Positions 17,505-20,000 of a stretch of 20,000 nucleotides of DNA are shown piece by piece. Under the pieces are notes generated by a model that saw only the letters and a list, made by a program, of their open reading frames with translations, did no database searches and was not told where the DNA came from. Both the position numbers and the translations under genes were made by a program. The stretch lies in IMG/VR virus record IMGVR_UViG_3300038415_000352, one strand, 5' to 3'. How positions within the stretch are numbered: the first letter of the stretch is position 1; the number at the start of each line of letters is the position of its first letter. The stretch comes from an uncultured virus (IMG/VR IMGVR_UViG_3300038415_000352). Lineage: Duplodnaviria; Heunggongvirae; Uroviricota; Caudoviricetes.

Positions 17505-17759
17505 ATGCCGCGAAAGCCCCCCGAGTTCCTCGAGGAAGGATGCCCTGCCTGTACCTACCATTTTCTCTATAAGGGAACGGCGGATGGCTCGGGCTCAGGC
17601 GCGGGGGCGATTATCGCAATCGCGGCAGTCGCCATCGGTGCTACCGTTGCCGCCGGTCTTCTGGCCAATCGAAAGGTCCCGTGCCCTCGGTGCAAGAACC
17701 CTATTCGGCGAGGCATAGCCCAATGTCCCTATTGCTACAGCTCGATCACATGGTCGTGA
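17505..17759 (+). CDS. Probable chimeric ORF: array N-terminus (CPAC) fused to TM plus double zinc ribbon (84 aa)
   Basis: Junction start; composition changes near codon 23; hydrophobic helix then CPRC...CPYC. Confidence 0.6.
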   Translation: MPRKPPEFLEEGCPACTYHFLYKGTADGSGSGAGAIIAIAAVAIGATVAAGLLANRKVPCPRCKNPIRRGIAQCPYCYSSITWS

Positions 17760-18340
17760 ACGGCGGAAAGGAATGGAGACTCCGGGACCCTAAAGAGTGG
17801 AAGCGGCAGAACGGAGTTCGCCGCGGCGCCTGGGCCTGGCAGCGAGTCGGCCACTCAAACTTCCGATCGGCGAGGCGGTCCGAGACGCGAGACCTCGAGC
17901 TCCGCAAGTGCGGCCGCTGCGGGAACCCCGTCCATGTCACGTCCCTCAGAGCGCCGGTGGTCGAGGAGGGACCGCCGCCCTGGACAAAGGCGGCAGCGTC
18001 GTTCAATCCGCGCGTCTTCGCGGGCGACCCGCTGGGGAGCGTCTCCTGGTGCCCCAAGTGCGGAGTTGCATTTCCGCCGGCGGAGCACGTGCTGCGCGAG
18101 CAATTGCGTCGAGCCGAGGGGCGAGCGGACGGTAGGTTCACGAATGCCTTCCCGATTTGGTGGGATCAGTCCGAATCCGTGCGCCGATCCTGGGAGACGC
18201 GTCGTGCCCGCTACGGCCCGAATGGCTGGAAACCGGGAATGGAGCACGGCGGGTGGGAGACTCGACGGGCGCGGTATGGCCCGACCGGGATGAGACAGAG
18301 AATCGGCTTGGCGTCGAGTTCGACGGGGGTGCCTGCATGA
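17750..18340 (+). CDS. Zinc-finger protein with duplicated WETRRARYGP (about 196 aa)
   Basis: CGRC...CPKC; repeat at 18191 and 18254. Start is uncertain (ATG 17750 or GTG 17756). ATGA-coupled to the integrase. Confidence 0.65.
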   Translation: MVVNGGKEWRLRDPKEWKRQNGVRRGAWAWQRVGHSNFRSARRSETRDLELRKCGRCGNPVHVTSLRAPVVEEGPPPWTKAAASFNPRVFAGDPLGSVSWCPKCGVAFPPAEHVLREQLRRAEGRADGRFTNAFPIWWDQSESVRRSWETRRARYGPNGWKPGMEHGGWETRRARYGPTGMRQRIGLASSSTGVPA

Positions 18341-19017
18341 GTCCCGTTCCTACTCCCCCCATTCAAGGCACGGAAACGTCCCCGGGAGCGGGTCTCGGGA
18401 AACCCGGGATGGCCGATACGCCGTCTTCCCCCACAAGTCGGAATACGCTCGCCCGGACCCACACAATTCACGCAGGAACGCTCGCGCTGACCCCGGATGA
18501 GCTGGACCTCGTCTTGAGGCCCGTCGATCGCCTGGAGGAGCGTTCTCTGCTGGAGCTGGCGGCTACAACGGGCATCCGGCGAGAGGATGTGGTCGCGATT
18601 CCGCTGGAGGGGCTGGATCTTACCCGTGGGACAGTCAGATTCTACGAGTCCAAGAAACGGCGTACCCGGGAGGTCCCCGTCCAGGGCCGTGTCCTGGTGA
18701 CCCTCCGAACCTACGTTCGGCGCCTCCAGAAAGGCGAACGGTGGCTCTTCCCGTCGCCCAGGAAGGCCGGGAAGCATCAGACGGGGCGGTTCGCCTGGAC
18801 GATCTGGAATCGCTGGCTAGACGCCGCGGGGCTGCCCCGCCGGCCCTTCCACGCGCTGCGCGCGACCGCCTACAAGCTTGCGAAGGCGCGGGGCTGGTCG
18901 GTCGAGCTCGCGGCTGCACTTCTGGGGGATACGATTCGGGTCGCTCAGGAGTTCTACGGGGTCGCGACGCCCGGGGAGCTGCTCGAGATCGCGCGGGAGA
19001 GGCCGCTGCTGCCATGA
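18337..19017 (+). CDS. Tyrosine recombinase/integrase, catalytic domain only (226 aa)
   Basis: TTGIRRED (R), ESKK (K), WLFPS, FHALR (HxxR), LLGD (usually LGH), QEFY (Y). ATG 18337 overlaps the upstream TGA. Confidence 0.9.
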   Translation: MSPVPTPPIQGTETSPGAGLGKPGMADTPSSPTSRNTLARTHTIHAGTLALTPDELDLVLRPVDRLEERSLLELAATTGIRREDVVAIPLEGLDLTRGTVRFYESKKRRTREVPVQGRVLVTLRTYVRRLQKGERWLFPSPRKAGKHQTGRFAWTIWNRWLDAAGLPRRPFHALRATAYKLAKARGWSVELAAALLGDTIRVAQEFYGVATPGELLEIARERPLLP

Positions 19018-19128
19018 AGACCTCTGCCTTCACTGTAACGTGAAGCGTGGTGCGAAGAGTCTCCGGTCATACAATCCCGGCGCCCAGCGTACCCTCACGG
19101 AAGGGCTCGCAAAGGAGGAACCGAACAG

Positions 19129-19293
19129 ATGAGCGAATGCGTCCACTGTCACGCGGAGGTCGGCAGCCGACGGTGGCTCGACATGCCGATGTGCGAGGTC
19201 TGTGAGCTCGTTCAACGAGAGGCACTCTCTCGGATCGCGCAGCTGGTCCGCCCTGTCAAGTGGTCCGCGTCGCCGGAGCTGCTCGAGGAGTAA
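19129..19293 (+). CDS. Small CxxC-CxxC zinc-finger protein (54 aa)
   Basis: AAAGGAGG SD; MSECVHCHAEVGSRRWLDMPMCEVCELVQREALSRIAQLVRPVKWSASPELLEE*. Below the track cutoff. Confidence 0.65.
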   Translation: MSECVHCHAEVGSRRWLDMPMCEVCELVQREALSRIAQLVRPVKWSASPELLEE

Positions 19294-19867
19294 GGCTCCC
19301 TTCGCGCGCCCCGCCGCAATTCCCCTTCAGGTGCATCGCCGAAGTGAGATGGCGACGGTACGCATCGCCGCGGGCGAACGTAACGTGCCCACACTGGAAT
19401 ACAGGTGGTGGGGGAGGCGAGGAGACCGTAGCGCGCCCCGACTCGCCTTCGCTTGAGAGAGGGTCTGGAGCCGTTGTCGCCGCGGCGCCCAGGCAGACAT
19501 GCGTCGCGATCAGGTACGCAGAACCCAGCTTTCCACACTTCTTACACTCCCTAAGATGGCCCGACGGGTCGAGCGCGTGGAGGCGGAACCACTCTACGTT
19601 CCGGGCCTTTGCCCGCTCGTTGTAGGTCCTGAACCAGGCGGTCCCGTCCGGGTTCGGCCAGGTAATCGGGCTCACCGCGTTCCAAGCGTCGAACGGAACC
19701 AAAGCCTGGGACCGCTTGCGCTGGGCGCCGATGTAGGCCCGGTTCACCTGGGCCCGCCCCCTGTCGTTCACGAAGATCCAGAAATTGGCGAGGCCGGCGA
19801 CGAACAGGAAATCGAGGAGCTCCTTCTTGATCGCGCAGAAGATGGCCCCGTGTCCGTTCTTCCGCAT
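19256..19867 (-). CDS. Hypothetical protein with Cys/His zinc-finger-like motifs (203 aa)
   Basis: Strong GC3 bias in the 5' half on the minus strand; CKKC...HVC and C...RRHLTSAMH motifs. Confidence 0.6.
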   Translation of the reverse strand: MRKNGHGAIFCAIKKELLDFLFVAGLANFWIFVNDRGRAQVNRAYIGAQRKRSQALVPFDAWNAVSPITWPNPDGTAWFRTYNERAKARNVEWFRLHALDPSGHLRECKKCGKLGSAYLIATHVCLGAAATTAPDPLSSEGESGRATVSSPPPPPVFQCGHVTFARGDAYRRHLTSAMHLKGNCGGAREGSLTPRAAPATRTT

Positions 19868-19890
19868 GATCGAGGTCGTTCGTCTCGCTA

Positions 19891-19938
19891 AAGGAAGATA
19901 CGGCGCCGTATGGCGTAGCCGTCCCGAGGAGAGAGTAA
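19891..19938 (+). pseudogene. Orphan 3' fragment of an array gene (KEDTAPYGVAVPRRE*)
   Basis: Ends in junction variant AGG AGA GAG TAA CG ATG. No start codon between the in-frame TGA at 19867-19869 and this segment. Confidence 0.55.
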
Positions 19939-19940
19939 CG

Positions 19941-20000
19941 ATGGTCGAACCACCGAACTTTGGACCGAGACCCGAGCATCGCGATTCCGTACGAGTACCG
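19941..20000 (+). CDS. Start of the next array gene (3'-truncated)
   Basis: ATG after the junction variant; MVEPPNFGPRPEHRDSVRVP... is open to the window edge. Confidence 0.6.
   Translation, partial: MVEPPNFGPRPEHRDSVRVP

Larger units (their letters stand above)
17571..19894. mobile_element. Putative ~2.3 kb tyrosine-recombinase integrative element inserted in the array
   Basis: Contains all 12 GATC sites I found, TGA stops, the only credible minus-strand gene and a recombinase. Flanked by AAGG at 17571 and 19891; joining these restores an in-frame RRE-ending ORF. Boundaries are inferred. Confidence 0.65.
326..19938 (+). repeat. Dispersed gene-junction repeat GGAGGGAGTA(G/A), 19 exact copies plus variants
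   Basis: Exact copies start at 326, 5066, 5462, 6142, 6921, 7281, 8084, 8341, 8624, 8852, 9082, 9764, 12093, 13051, 13270, 14117, 15208, 15429 and 17027. Variants end at 6686, 7819, 9341, 9589, 12623, 13628, 14418, 16604, 17504 and 19938. All lie at gene boundaries. Confidence 0.95.

Noticed and set aside
557..17561. Many minus-strand and alternative-frame ORFs in the track (e.g. 1419-2072, 6791-7570, 15170-16144)
   Set aside because: They are Arg/Pro/Gly-rich shadows of + strand genes in GC-rich DNA. The + strand is already fully tiled with junction-supported genes.
18157..18336. Longer 286-aa integrase start
   Set aside because: It overlaps the upstream gene by about 180 nt and has no domain-like sequence. 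The ATGA-coupled start at 18337 fits better.
4660..19017. Classical integron (IntI with attC cassettes)
   Set aside because: There is no intergenic room for RYYYAAC...GTTRRRY hairpins. The recombinase lacks the IntI-specific insertion and N-terminal domain, and lies in a compositionally foreign segment.
19018..19128. tRNA or att site downstream of the integrase
   Set aside because: No cloverleaf, T-loop consensus or long direct repeat is visible.
326..19938. CRISPR array interpretation of the recurring motif
   Set aside because: The repeat is only 11-14 nt, the intervals are whole ORFs of irregular length, and no cas genes are present.

Overview
A GC-rich, densely coding window that looks like the accessory region of an archaeal virus, provirus or plasmid-like element. 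The host is inferred, possibly Thermoplasmata-like; I recognised no housekeeping, capsid, terminase or replication gene. From 1 to ~17570, and again from ~19891, about 40 co-oriented + strand genes are packed head to tail. They fall into two classes. (1) Small, unrelated cytoplasmic ORFs (DUF6927-like, YodL-like, many CxxC zinc ribbons) joined by one near-invariant junction, nGG-AGG-GAG-TAG/TAA-(0-4 nt)-ATG. There are 19 exact copies of GGAGGGAGTAR plus about 10 variants, so most of these proteins end in RRE/WRE/GRE. (2) Larger secreted or membrane-anchored beta-rich proteins (PKD, FN3), mostly preceded by pure-purine leaders. I found no GATC in this backbone. A compositionally foreign ~2.3 kb segment (17571-19894, 12 GATC, TGA stops) encodes a catalytic-domain-only tyrosine recombinase. 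It appears to have inserted into one small array gene, whose halves rejoin in frame and end in the same RRE junction. The best candidate for a new system is the junction-delimited gene array, which could reflect cassette shuffling, programmed translational coupling/readthrough, or C-terminal tagging.
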